In this document: positions 1-13,646 of the stretch, piece after piece
Layout: every line of letters begins with the position of its first letter
How positions within the stretch are numbered: position 1 is the stretch's first letter
From: Bigelowiella natans CCMP2755
Taxonomy: Eukaryota; Protista; Cercozoa
Reading direction: 5' to 3'
Assembly: GCA_000320545.1 (NCBI GenBank)
Contig: ADNK01000622.1
Location: 1-33,396, forward strand
DNA: 33,396 nt
Position numbers and translations under genes: made by a program
The notes under the pieces: generated by a model
Database searches by the model: none
Seen by the model: the letters and a program-made list of their open reading frames with translations, nothing else
Told to the model about the DNA's origin: nothing

Positions 1-75
1 GTGTGTGTGTGTGTGTGTGTGTGTGTGTCGCATTCACGATATGCGACGAAGTAGTGAGTCGTCTACTAATACTAC

Positions 76-1642
76 CTCTTCCGTGGCAGTTGTAAGAAAA
101 TGCTGGAGAGTTATTCCTTCGAGACCATTAGGTATATACTTCCTAAGTGATGATGATGATGGTGATGATAATGTGATAGCAGCACGATAATATCATTGTG
201 GAGGAGGTGAAAATAGTAGTAATAGTCGTAATAGTAAGTAACAATGAAGATCATCATAATTTTTTTTTTTTTCTTCTTCTTCATAGTACCCTACCTACCT
301 AGCTACCTACCTTTTCTCCCACTTCCAATAAGATGAATCAACCTCGCTGATAGACGCAACCCTGTGACGTAATTTCTTACAGAAATCAAGAAGAAGAAGA
401 AGAAGAAGAAGAAGAAGAAGAAGAAAGAGAAGGAGTAAACAAACAAAAACTGATGATTCAGTGCTAATAATAATATGTGTTTAGGTATGAATGCATGCAT
501 CAATGGCCACGAGCAGCACAGCGACCCACAAAACCACCTTCTTCTTCTTCTTCTTCTTCTTCTTCTTCTTCTTCTTCTTCACAACCTACCACTCGTGGGT
601 CAACACCACCATTATCATCATGATGCTGTTGATAGATATCATCATCATTATCATCCTGACGACGATGATGCCTCTTCAGCCATTTAAGCCTGCACATTCC
701 TTCACCTACAAGGAATCTAAGGGATAAGGGAACAAGGGGGAGGAGGAGGAGGAGGAGAACTGATCAACGGTTGTGATAATTAGTCGTAGGAAATTATGAA
801 GGCACATACATACATAGATACATACATACATGCGTACATTATGATTGCAGTTATGATTGCAACGGGGAGATGAAAATATGCCAGAACGAGAGCGCAGAGT
901 ACTCGGATAATCATTCTCATTTGTTCCTGATCACGATATGGTGATATACAACAAAATGAAGGAGGAGATATTATGTGTCAGAGGAGTAGGAAGAGAATAA
1001 TGAAAATATGAGTACATTGTTCTTTTCCAGGATGAATGTCTCCTTGTCATATTGCTCTTCTCTTTCTCTTTGTCCTGATACTAGATGTTTCGCCTAAAGG
1101 TTGTTGTCATAACGTTGAATTGTTGCTGTTGTTCTGTTGGCGTAGTTTCCCTGCTGTATTCCTCCTAATGCCCTTCAATCACTCTACCTGGACTATAGCA
1201 CGATGCACAGGCCGAAAATCCTTCATCGGTTCCTTCATCTACAAGTTGTCATCAAACATTAGTTTTTGGTAGCGTGCATCGCCGTGTAGTGGTACAGCAT
1301 TGGCAGAAGCAGCAGCAGCAGCAACAGTGATTTAGGCAGCACATGAATGAGGAATGGCAACCCTAAGCGATAGACTCTCAAAAAACTGATTCTGTAGTTC
1401 CAAGAAGGTTGTTTCCTGAAAAGAGACAACATCGTCACTATTGCATAAACACCGCTTGAGAACGTGATAAGAAGGCATGATATATATCTATATATAATTA
1501 CCTTTCCCCGGGGGAGATATCTGCCAAAATCAAGCCTTCGCAAGCTAAGAACAGCATCACTATAATCATCATTCACACCGCTACACCATCATATCATGCT
1601 ACACTTTATCTAAAACGTGATAATTTTATTCTCTTCGATCGT

Positions 1643-1679
<37 letters not shown>

Positions 1680-2339
1680 GATCGAGTTCTTTTTCCCGGA
1701 GGTCCATATTGTAACTTTCGTGATCAAGTCAACAGCTCTAGTGCTCATTACAGCCTCCCTGTGATAAAACGATGACATCGTTTCTCCTAATACTGATTAT
1801 TGATTTTCCAGTAGAAAGTCTGAACATCTACTCGCTACTACTTACTAACTGACAATACAACGACAACGATGCAGTGAGGATATTCTGCCACTACCACTAC
1901 TACTACTACTACTACTACTATGCTGCTACATCTGCAAGTACCTCTGATTCTCGAAAAGCGTGAAAATAAGCTGCTTTCCAACAAAAGTGCAGAATCGGCA
2001 AAAGGATATCACATGCCGAAATATCTAGTAGGGAACATTGCAAGGTACAATCAGCAAGGGCCTCGCCAGCATTCAAAAAACTGTACGTACGTCATATTGA
2101 AGGGTGATAACACAAATCTCATTTAGTGGGACATTGGAAGGTAAGAGGTCGGAACAGCCTTCGCACTTAGAATTATAGTGTTGAGTTGATCAGATTGCCA
2201 ATTTCTAGAAATGATCAATGATCATGCTCGGATGAAGAAGTTAAGATTTTACTTTAAGAAGCGGGTGGTTGTCCAAAGGATCGCAACTTCTATTAGCAGT
2301 GCCGGTCTTTCTCTTAGACAGCTTTTCCCTTGCAGTCAT
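76..2339 (-). CDS. Multi-exon hypothetical protein with a C-terminal hydrophobic (probable TM) segment; 3' exons uncertain, may run off the left edge
   Basis: Ten phase-consistent GT-AG exons: 2253-2339 (MTAREKLSKRK..HPLLK), 2091-2165, 1942-2024, 1678-1758, 1502-1559, 1362-1454, 1188-1238, 1016-1093, 838-926 (..IIRVLCALVLAYFHLPVAIITAII), 590-716 (FLVGEGMCRLKW..). Likely further exons near 311-361 and 76-142, but I could not resolve their phase. No family recognised. Confidence 0.75.
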
Positions 2340-2599
2340 GAGACCCACCCGCCCTCTTCGATCGTCAGGAAGGGGGGTGTTCCAACAACTGGAAACAGGA
2401 AGGAGCTTGCAAGAGAGAAGGGCGTCAGAGCGAAGATTGACTCTCTGCACGCAGAGTGTTGTGTGACATAGATATTAGCCGCATAATTTTTGGTCTTATG
2501 TTTCATCACAGGCGGGAAGTTGTTGCAGGGTGTTGTAGAATCATTTTGAGCAAAGATCAATGGGATGTTCTTTGATGATTTGTTCGCACGCACTTGTTC

Positions 2600-3700
2600 A
2601 TGTTCAGTGTGCATGTCAACGCATCTCCTTTGGTTTCACATTCGAAGGAAGTCCTAGGAAGTCATCATCATGGTCCTGAAGTTGGTGAAGTAGATCAGCC
2701 GGCACAAAAGACAATGATGAAACTAGGAATGGAGGAGTGGCCAGAATGATGCCATTCTTGATTCCTTCCTTTTTGTTTCACCAGTCAGTTCTTGCTAGCC
2801 CACCAAAGTTGATTCGAGGCACAGTTTTCAGTCCTCACTGAAGCCAGTTCGAGGCACTGCATTTCGCACACCATTTCGCACACTGCTGCAAGTGTCTTGT
2901 CACACTTTGGAAGTGTGGTTTTTCATCATTGTTCTCATGGGTCAGAACCAAAAGAGAAAGAGTTGCACGCAGGCGAGCCATGCCAGCATGTCCCAAAGCC
3001 AGCCTCACACTCTGCACTGGACAGAGGTCTGCTTCTGGGTCAGAACGGACGCGTTGCGTCGCCGTCACACTGCCGGCAGTCGTGCTGCTTCTTTCCAGCC
3101 TTCGTGCCAATTGCTTGCTCAAGTCGCACTGGTTTCACCAGTCTAGCAGTCAGTCCTCGCTGCACTCAGCTTGAAGGCACTGCGTTTCGCACATTGCAAG
3201 TTTCGTGCAACACTTTGGAAACACCAGTTCATCGTCAAAGTTTCTTCCTTTGCCTGTTCTTTCGAAGTGGTCCAATGCCGACGACCGCATTTGCAAAGTG
3301 TTGTGTTGAAGTTCGAAACAAGGACACGTGAGGAGTTCTGGAGTTTGGTCACTGTGCAGTCGTCGTGCTCCAGTGCGTTCATGTTCTGCTCGATCTGTCG
3401 CTGCCATGCACGTGGAGCTCGCGGATCCGAAAAGCGAGACGCGTGACATGTGGATCGAGGCTTCACCTCGCGAATCCAAGGAAGTCATGAAATTCTTCAG
3501 CTGCACGTCCCAATTTTTCATTTCACATTGGCACACCGAGATGCACGACTGTGCTGGCTTTTCGACGCATCCAAGACTAGTTCATGCGCGCAGCGTTTCG
3601 TGTGCACAACAAGTCAAACCATGCTAGCATGCTAGCGCTGTGCGATGCCAAGGTGGATGCACATGCCATGTGTTGGTTGTTGATGATGCGGGATCATCGA
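2600..3700 (-). mobile_element. Putative degenerate transposon/foreign-DNA relic (family unidentified)
   Basis: Intergenic, composition unlike the host, internal direct repeats (2775-2912 vs 3132-3220), broken Tyr-free minus-strand frames with a duplicated FQSVxRxLQ motif. No TIR, LTR, TSD or transposase/RT motif recognised. Confidence 0.4.
2775..3220 (+). repeat. Imperfect direct repeat inside island 1, plus a 12-bp tandem duplication
   Basis: cagtcctcactgaagccagttcgaggcactgcatttcgcaca..tgcaagtgtcttgtcacactttggaa (2829-2912) vs cagtcctcgctgcactcagcttgaaggcactgcgtttcgcacattgcaagtttcgtgcaacactttggaa (3151-3220); gtttcaccagtc at 2775 and 3132; catttcgcacac twice at 2860-2883. Confidence 0.85.
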
Positions 3701-3765
3701 CTTTGCCAATGCGGTTGCACACTCACTGTCTGAGTTTTGACTTCAATGCAACTTTCATGATGAAG

Positions 3766-6700
3766 CTACTTTTTTTTCGACAATTTCAATGGAGATCTGC
3801 TCCACTTTCTCGTTGGGGTCTTTTTCTCCTGAACGCAGAACACAAAAAAAATTCCATTGTTAGCAGTGTTGCATCTTTCTCATGATGCATCCAAGATTCT
3901 CATGATTGAGCATGAGTCTCACAGGTCTAGAGGTGCCAACCCTGATGCCACTCACTGCACAACGTTGCAGCTAATGCGAAATTGCTCAACGCAATTGTGA
4001 AAAAAAACATGGGTCTGCAAGATCACACCAAATCTGATTTGTTCTTTTGCTCTCGTTTCCGTCGTTTTTCAATGTCTCTTCCAAGACGGTCCTGCCGTGA
4101 ATAGTGAGCACATGGCAGACAAAAAATGCAATGGAAGTGGCACAGAAGGAGAGCAAAAAAAAGAGGAAATGAGAGTGAGTATTTGAGAAAGGAAAATGAA
4201 ACGAGAAAGAAAATGGTAAGGAAATTGATTACGAACATTTGTAGAAATGAACGAATGGGGTGAATGGCACCACAATTCATACAAAGACAATTGAATTCAA
4301 ATTTGTACCTCAAAGCTTCCGAGAGATTTCGCTAATTTTTTGCTGGTATTGGTAATCTCTGGTTGAAAATTGGTCACAGGCTTATCTGGACTTTTTGCAT
4401 TTTTTGCTGCTCTTTTCTGGATATCCCTCGCCAAACGTTCCTCAAAACTCTGGAAGTATGCGATTGCATTAAAAATGTATGGCAAAACCGGCAATAGCTC
4501 AGGATCAGTGGTCAAAGGCATGTTGAAAAATCATGGTTGATGTAAAATACATTCATGAAGGCATACCACCATCCAAATATACCTTACGGTAAAATATGAA
4601 CGAGAACATTTCAGTAACACGCAGCAGTAGCATCGCAGAAGACGTGCAAAATTATATCTTACACTGACGCTACTACAGTCATGTCGTAGCAGTAGTAGTG
4701 GTGGTGGTGGTAGTGGTGGTGGTGCGTTGATGATGAAGATTCACGCAGTATGCTCTGCTTACTCTGTCTTGATATCAAACAGAGTGATACTAAGCTTGTT
4801 GTTAGGGGGAGAATCATCATTTTTGTAATGATCCTTCCTTCCCTACAAATATACTTATATATATATACCACCTCTTTGATGCGAGCTGAGTAACTTGAAT
4901 TTGTTCGAGGCTGATAATGATTAAAAGAGTGAATCGAGAGCATTGTGTAAGAAACAAACAAAAGATGAAGTTGCAGCACGTGTACATCCCTTCACTAATT
5001 CTTTCTTTTACCGAGAACGAATGTTGCTGGTCTGTCAGTTGCCTCATCTTTCCTCTCTTTTCTTCCCTTAACTTGAGATCTCTAAGAAGCATAATGAATT
5101 ATAAATAAGAAGAAAGTTAATAGTAACTAAATTAGAAATTACCAAAAATTACCAGCTTAATACCCAGGTTTTACTACAAAGCTATTTTGCATAGTAAGCT
5201 TTGGTCCGATCTGCCACCCCTCCCCTGCCTTTTCTCCCCCCCCCCCCTCCTCTCTTAGATTGATCTTGACTCTAAATTGATTTAATTTTCTGCGTTTCTT
5301 CCGTAGTTCTAACGATGCTACGGAGAGAGCGTGATTATCAGCACCTTCTTAGTCTTTCCTGGAAATGGAGACCTTGCACCACCTGCAGTGTAGCGAGAAA
5401 GGAGATAAATGTACAGCAATACCATCATTACGATTGACGTCCAAGAACAACAGCAGCAGCAGCAGCAGCAACAACAAGAAAAACGACGACATTGTCTAGC
5501 AATGCTGAAAATAGTTTTTTAATATCTATCGAGTGCGACATTAGTACCTCATGCATGCAACGCACAGGCATAAAATGCGTTCTAACCTCTCGTTGAAATA
5601 ATTATTTTCACATCGTCATCATCATCAACAAGAAGAAGAAGAAGAAGAAGAAAGACCACCTTGCTGTTCTTTTCTCGATTGGATAGCTGGGGTTCAAATG
5701 ACTCACAATCCGAGTAGTTGCTACCATTATCTACAGAAAGAGAATTCATCATTATTAAATAAGTAGCAGTGGTAACAACGACGATGATGATGCTGATGAT
5801 GATGACAACGGGTACTTCCAACTATTTTTTATGAGTTGAATATTGCTTTTTCCCCCAAATTCTTCTACTGCTTCTAGAATTTAAATTACTTCGTATTGTC
5901 TCTCGCCTTCGCTCAACAAATAATCTGAATTAAAAACCAAAAGATGGAGAAACAATACTTCGTAAACATTTTTGTGTGTAGAGATGCATCATCATCATCA
6001 TCATCATTAGCAGCAGCAGCAGCACCACCACCACCTAGCTGTAGCACGATGGCGTTGGTAGTGTAATTAAAAATAAACGAATAAGCAGGGAGTATGATTA
6101 ATTTGTCAGTAAGTAGTAGCAGTAGTAGTAGTAGTAGTAGTAGTAGAAGTAGTTGTTGTTGTTGCTGTAGGAGGAGAATCCTCCCCTCTTCCCCCTCTTA
6201 AAATTCATCGTAAAATCAATGTGATCGTTGAGAAAGTGTGCGCCCTCCATATCCCCCCCCCGTACTGGATGTTCTCTTGCAGCCTTTCATTAAGACCAAC
6301 ACCTTTATCCTCTATGATTTTCTGGGTACCCTATAGATTAATTAACAAATACACACTTGAGCATTGAGCACACATTTCAATATTTCAAATTTAAGGACAC
6401 TAAGGTACTTAATTCTTCTCTTCTACTCAAACAATATCCCCCACTCATCATCATCATCATCATCACCTTACAAACAAAGGGTGAGAATGTGAGCTGTTCT
6501 TCCGCCGGTGTCACCACACCTGCCCGACTTTGTTGCTGTTGCTGATAGATTGTACAATGTAATATACAACAATTCATCAGTAGCGAAATTGAAACTTTGA
6601 TTAACTTGTACGTTTTGAGATGGGGATGGCTCTAACGACTTCCTCATATTGTGATTATATACCTTTGACCCTAGGAGACGACGACTACGTGGGTTATCTA

Positions 6701-6969
6701 AAAGCCTTTGCTCAATTTCTGGGGGGAGAGATCTTATCTGCCAAATCAATCACCGTATCACCATCATATTTCTATTTCTAGTTCAAAGTTGCTGTTTGGC
6801 AATGAGGTATTATGTGTTTGACGTTCATTCAATCCTCCTTCTTTCCGTCTTCTTCCTCCTCCTCTAGTAGTAGTAGTTGATTTATTATAAAGCACTACCT
6901 ACCTCTATCTACATAGCTATTACAAAGAAATGGTTGCAGAACACACATTCATCACCACATCATATACTG

Positions 6970-7000
<31 letters not shown>

Positions 7001-8220
7001 CATCTTAGACGCCTTTACATGACGCTCAAATTCCTCTTGAAAATACTGATATATTGATGTAAATCAACAATCGTTGCAAGACAAGCACTGCTACTATAGA
7101 ATAGTGATAGAGTGATGTAAGTGTATGTCACTGTGAAGCGACTAATTCACTGATTGATGATACTTACTTAGGAACTAGCGCGCACACATTTTGCTACTTA
7201 CTTACTTGCTACGTCTATTATTCTAGTAAAAGATGTACACTACATCCATATTAAAACCTTACCATGACTAATGATATAATTATAACTAATGATACAATTA
7301 TAACTAATTGCAACAAACACCACTACTACTGTAACTGCTGCTTTATCTCCGCTTGTATTTTCGTGCGCGTGTGATAATGCAGTTGTTCTGTTATGATCAT
7401 TTAACCTCATCTGAAGACATATGCTTCTTAAGCTTGTTTATCTTTCTTCGTGGTTTGGCCAGTGAGTGCAAATGATCTGTTATTTAGTCACAAGGATGAT
7501 GACGATAATAGCGCTTCATAACAAATCAGCCAATAAATAAACACAAACAATTTATTGTTGCCTAAATACCAAACCCCAGCAGTTGTACATATATTATTAC
7601 TCTTTCAATAAATTTGAAGGAACGAGCAAGTTATATTGAATGAAAAACAATCAAAGCAGCAAGACATTACTATCATCAACCCATCGTGCATCGTACGTAC
7701 GTACGTACGTACTACCTAAATTTTCTGCTTTTGCTGATTTCTGAATAAAACATTAACAGAATATATATATATGAATTTATTTTACATTATTTCATATTGT
7801 TGTATATGTATGTGTAAATGTATATGTATATGTATATACGAAGTCCCTCTCTGTTTTTCTCTTTCCCACACAAACAAGAAGATAGATAGATAGAGAGAGA
7901 GAGAGAGTTAGGTTGTGAGGTCTTATGAGAAGAATCCTTATTCTTTGGTGTTGAGTGGTACCTTATCCTTATCTTGGATCATCCCATACATTCTTGAAAC
8001 CTTAGTCATCATCATCATCATTATTGTTATTACTATTAATTATTACTACTAGTGATGATAATAAGAAGACGGGCAATATTCACACACGTGTACACAAACA
8101 CACGCACACTGATACAAGGTGTCAAGTGGTGTCGCTGCTGCTATAAAGTTCTACTACCACTATTTCTAACCCCCCTCCATTTTCTAGTTAAGCAACGATA
8201 CAGGTGTGTTGTCGTCGTCG

Positions 8221-8252
<32 letters not shown>

Positions 8253-8289
8253 GCATGAGAAAGAATACTACAATCTCCTTCAGCACCAC

Positions 8290-8321
<32 letters not shown>

Positions 8322-9050
8322 GATGATGATGATGATGATGATGATTTACGAGTGTAGTTTGTGCAACTATGTAGTAGTAGTTGTTGTTATTGTTCTTCAT
8401 AAGCAAACACCTCTCGGTCAAAAGATTTCCTCCGGGATGATAGGAGCATTGTGCTGCCACCACCACTACTGCTCATGCTATTATTATTATTATTACTACT
8501 ACTACTACTACTACTGCCACTCTGCAAGAATACACACAAAAACAGAAAGACAATGATAATAGATCAAATATGATATGTTGTGAGTAGTGATAACATATTT
8601 GAATAGGCTGCAAGAGATAAACCCGAAAAGCACATTGTAGATAGATAAGCTACACAATTGTACTATGTGATTGATCATCATCATTATCGTCTCTATCATC
8701 ACAGATAAAACAAGCATTGGTGTAAAGACAGCGAAAAGAGAGCTTCTATTCATAATTTGGTGAGGACATAATCAGCACTACTACTACTAGTAGTAGTAGT
8801 AGTAGTAGTAGTAGTGGCAAAACATGAAATAATGAAAATACAAATCAAAGGAAATATCATATCGACAAGGACTCCACGTAGCGAGTTGGATATAAAATAT
8901 TAAATTGCTCATTGATGTGATAATAATGATGATATTCATCACGACCGCATTCGAGGGATGAGCTTGATTAGTAGTAGCAACAAAAGAAGTAGCAGAGGTA
9001 GCATTCGTTGAGCTCCGTACTTTATTTTCTTCGGCTGTCACCTGCGACAT
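3766..9050 (-). CDS. Multi-exon basic, coiled-coil repeat protein (FxPxxN/T..FEERL..DI.KR repeats), possibly cytoskeletal or ciliary
   Basis: Phase-0 exons 4309-4449 (SFEERLARDIQKR..FQPEITNTSKKLAKSLGSFE) and 4029-4091 (DRLGRDIEKRRKRE..), putative last exon 3766-3828 (EKKTPTRKWSRSPLKLSKKK*). Upstream exons encode SFEPQLSNRE (~5660-5700), HFQERLR (~5345-5382), GLNERLQENI (~6266-6330), LPPEIEQRLLDNPR (~6663-6737), LHSLAKPRR (~7406-7476). Start near 9050 is tentative; function is inference. Confidence 0.65.
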
Positions 9051-9157
9051 ATCGCATTCATTTTTGATTTATCATTCATAATTTATAAATAATTCAATGT
9101 TAATTTTGCCATTTTCTATCTTTTGAGCAATTTCCAACACTAATATCCCTCCTCATC

Positions 9158-9791
9158 CTACCTCTCCTCCTCCCCATCATCATCATTCTCTTCACTGCTA
9201 CTATTGCTACTGCTACTACTACACAATACTTTCGCTACTATGGACTTTATATCTTCAGCCTTTAGACCTGGAATGGATGGTAGAAATAAGGGAAATAAGA
9301 ACAGCATAATCACCATTAAAGAAGCAAGTTTTTTATATGGGGAGGTTATGAAATAAAACATGATGAAACATCAGAACGTCTTTCCATTTATTTGAATTTA
9401 ACACGACGACGACAAATTTTTATTGACTTTAATATTATTTTCTCTTGAGTAGTTGTAGTACTATTGGAAGCACCACCTACCTAAACGTGCTGTAACTTCT
9501 CTCAGACCAAGAAAATCTTTTTTTCTCTTGTTCTTTTCTGCTGCTGCACTGTGTGTATGATGATGACCTCCTTCTCCACCACAACAACATATTGGCAGCA
9601 ATATCAACAAAATGACATAATACATTACATTAGAAGAGGGGGATATTATTAGGTGTTTATACAGAATAACATATGTACAACAACTACTACTACCACTACC
9701 ACTACTACTACCACTACTACTACATATACATTATAGGTATTATAACCCAATCACTCACACATGTAAGTAAAACAAGACGCATATACAACGA

Positions 9792-9865
<74 letters not shown>

Positions 9866-10265
9866 GTTTGTGCATGCGTGCATGTTCTTAGCTACAAACC
9901 AGATGAATTGGACGACGACTTGCGTGGTCCTCCTCTTCTATTGTCTTTGTTTTTTTTCTGATGGTTGATATATCATCACCACTGCTCAGTGAACAACTTT
10001 ATTTATCACAGCTGTTAATATTATTGTATTTATCATCATTAATTTTAGCTGTTGTTTATTTTATCATCATCATCATCATCATCATCACCTTTTTTGCAGA
10101 AGCTTGTTTTTTGGTCACTAAAAACTGCTGCTGTTGTTGATATGGTGATGAAGATGAAGTTCCCAACCGCTTCCTTTTGGTATTCGTTGTGAAAATATGC
10201 AACAACATCTATCAACCTACTCCGCTTGTTTTCGTTTTCAATAATCACTCATTTATGTAATAATA

Positions 10266-10317
<52 letters not shown>

Positions 10318-11219
10318 TGTGACATCCGAGAAAAGAGAAATCTGAGCATCATCTTAGCACATACTTACGATCTACACCAACAACATGCTGCTGCCGCTGC
10401 TATCACAACCAGCTTCACAAGCAACAACAACAACTACTACTACTACTACTACTACTATTGCTACTACTACCACTACTACTTATGGTATTGTTTTGTATTG
10501 TGTAATGCAAGTAAATTTGCATGTGTAAGCAGCAGCATACGAAGCACACCATGAAGAAGAAGAAGAAGAGGAAGAAGTAGTAGTAGTGACAAAAGGGGCC
10601 TTTTTCTTTCCTTTTAGATATAAAAAGAATAAGTATAAACCAACCAAATTGCAAGCAGCAGAATAGTAAACAAACACAGTTATTGCTTTAGTTGCTGAGT
10701 AGGTGGGATTTGGTGATGGTGATGAAAGATAGATAGATTCGTCTAGATAGTGATATATGATGATGATGATGATGATGGCACCTCCTTTTACACCACGTTG
10801 AGGAGGGGGAGGAGTCGTTAGATCATCATCAGTACGACGACCATGATCATCCTGATCATTATCTCCTCGCTGTTGTTGTTGTTGTTGTTGTTGTTGTTGA
10901 GCAGCCACGTCACCAGTAACTAGCATTCCACTTGCAGGACTAGTAGCAGTAGTAGTAGCAGCAGTAGTGGTATGATGATGATATGATGATATGATGATAT
11001 GATGATGATGAGAGCAGCCAAATGCCATACTGTATACATATCGTGGTAGTCGCACAACAGAATAAGTAGAGTACATTCTTGAGGTATTAAGAAAATGAAA
11101 GTTCTCATAATAATAAAAAAGCACCACCTCAATTCATGCACTATCATCATTACTACACAGGATGAAAGTGCTGCGATCTCTTCTGCAGAAGAGACTCTCT
11201 CTTAATTATTAATAATACG

Positions 11220-11286
<67 letters not shown>

Positions 11287-11650
11287 TCATCTTTTTAATA
11301 TGTTTCTCCTTTCTTTACTACAACGAGACGTGGAATAGGAATCGTCAAATGATGCATGCATGCACCACTTTTCATCAATCAATCAATCAAATGTTACCTG
11401 CTGCTATTTGCTGCTGCTGCTCCTCCAAACTGAGCGATGGCATTGAGCTGTATCTGCTGCATGCTTGGATCAGAACCTGCACAAAAACCATCGACAATAG
11501 ATGGGAATGGGAAGAAGAATAAATATAAGAAAAGAAAGAAATCACTACTCGTAGCCAATATTACAGGAGAAGCCAAACAAAATAACAAATGGCGACTAGA
11601 ATTTGGTAGTTGGTCTCGCTCTTATTGTGAACATCTGCCATCTTCGTCAT
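9158..11650 (-). CDS. Multi-exon hypothetical protein with low-complexity (Q, S, D) segments
   Basis: Spliceable exons: MTKMADVHNKRDQ (~11600-11650), SDPSMQQIQLNAIAQFGG (~11398-11476), RSRLIDVVAYFHNEYQKEA (~10168-10245), KDFLGLREVTARLG (~9481-9537) joining in phase to LKAEDIKSIVAKVL..EEER* (9158-~9267). Could instead be the 3' part of the upstream IQ gene. Confidence 0.5.
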
Positions 11651-11687
11651 CTCCGTTTCGCCTCTCTCTTTGTTTCAAGTTTGATGA

Positions 11688-11727
<40 letters not shown>

Positions 11728-11904
11728 TAATACTTCGAATTAGAACCATATCATCTTCCTCTTCCGTGTCAAAAGGAAGAAGAAGTAGATCATAAAATAT
11801 AAATGAAAGCTAGTAGTAGTAGTAGTGGGAAAAAGACAAAAAAGATAATAATTATGATGATGATGATGATGATGATACGACAATATATGTATCTATGGAA
11901 ATGT

Positions 11905-11973
<69 letters not shown>

Positions 11974-12017
11974 CATAATATATACACTATGGTATTATTA
12001 TTTCAGTATCAATGGCG

Positions 12018-12306
12018 TCAACTCTTCTTAAACTTAAATAGCAGCAAAGTCATAGTAGTAATTTACCTTGCATGAAGTTATTTACTTTCTTTGTCATTCG
12101 TGATTCCCAGTGCTCAAACTATGTGTTTACGGTGAAGAAAGAAGGGAAAATATGGAGACCATAGAAGGGAGGAGGAGGTGGTGGAGGAGGAGGAGGAGGA
12201 TATGTGCATAATAGCGAGTAGCGGCACGAGTCGGGCATTATCATTATCATCATCATCATCATCATCATCAAAATCGTAATGATGTGACAGACAAGCAGCC
12301 TAAGTC

Positions 12307-12341
<35 letters not shown>

Positions 12342-13320
12342 CGTAGTAGTAATGCATTCGAGTACTACTACTCACGGAGTTCCGATAAACAAAATCTTTA
12401 TCTGCGAGCATTTGTCTTGCAATCTGACGACATTGGTTGTAGCACCAGATGAATAATACAGAATTTACTACATAAGCTGCTGTTAGAATGTGAATAATCT
12501 CTCTTATTATCATCAGACGAATGATGAGTCTTCATTGATTTGCAAAAGAAGCTCATTTCTAATGTACTTAGCTAGTTTTATGGTGTTTCATGTCACGATA
12601 GAAACACGAAGAAGTTATCAACAAGAACATCAACATTAGATGTTTTTCCTCCTTCTTCTTGTTCTTCTTATTTCGTTTAAAGCAAGCTAGGAAAGGCTGC
12701 GAGCAGTATTATTACTACTACCTCCTTGTTAGTTAGCAAATTTGGCCCTCCTTTTCCCCTATTTGAGCCGATGTCGTAAGGACTACCCCATGGATCCAAA
12801 TGGGTATTCTGATCGTATTTATCAACAATACAAGTCAACAGGATTTTTAGGGTGATTGCGAGAATGAAGAATGATGCTCAGTGTGCAATAGTAATGGAGA
12901 AAAAGCTCGCAGAAATTAATGACTGATTTCATTTGAATATCTTACTACTACTGTTTGCTGACAGTCCACTCTTCTCCCTCCCCCACTTCCAACTCTCTCT
13001 GGCCCCCTCTCTCTTAGGAAGGAGAAGAAGACGAAGAAGAAGAATATACTTTACGAATGATTCTGAGCCCTTGTTTACCCAATTTTTTTCTCCACTCATG
13101 ATTATTCGATAATAACAACAATAATAATAATTGATCATAAGTACGTAGTATGTACCTTGTTTTTCAATCTCTGAGCAATGGCATCAGTCATTTCATCCTG
13201 CAAGGAGCACATGTAAGTGGTAGATTAATGTAGAAGAGACTACAATCATCATAAACTATAACTATGAATTATATATTTGACAACATCCCCTAATCTACTA
13301 CTATTATCTTGACCTCTTCA

Positions 13321-13352
<32 letters not shown>

Positions 13353-13613
13353 AATACAGCATCAAATACTCTCAGTGAATAAGTAAATACGAAAGGAGAA
13401 GAGAAGAGCAATTCCAATTTGACATTAAAAACTGGTAACAACAACAATAATGAGGAAGACGAAGATTGTCACAATAAGGAAAATGGTGGACCTTGTCTTT
13501 CAGGGCAGAAAGTTTATCTTCCAAAATTTTATCCAAATTCTCTTGATTTCTCTTGACGGCCAACTTTAGTTTCATCTTCTTTTTATTTCGTTTTCTAATA
13601 GTTTGGAACCAGC

Positions 13614-13646
<33 letters not shown>

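Larger units (their letters stand above)
2541..4100. other. TpA-depleted (hypermutated) island 1; left part is a decayed element, right part overlaps the host gene 3' end
   Basis: Manual count of 12 TA in ~1560 bp: CTAG at 2654, 2723, 2795, 3143, 3577, 3624, 3632, 3927; GTAG 2690; CTAC 3766; TTAG 3860; CTAA 3971. TG/CA-rich, no microsatellites; TA-rich sequence on both sides. Confidence 0.9.

Noticed and set aside
3620-3636. CTAG sites and the palindrome gctagcatgctagc as Helitron 3' ends
   Set aside because: No consistent subterminal hairpin plus terminal position, no Rep/helicase remnants; the CTAGs are scattered internally.
2541-4100. Classical RIP or methyl-CpG decay as the main cause
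   Set aside because: RIP increases TpA and lowers GC. CpG decay depletes CG and leaves TA intact. Here TA is lost and CG remains plentiful.
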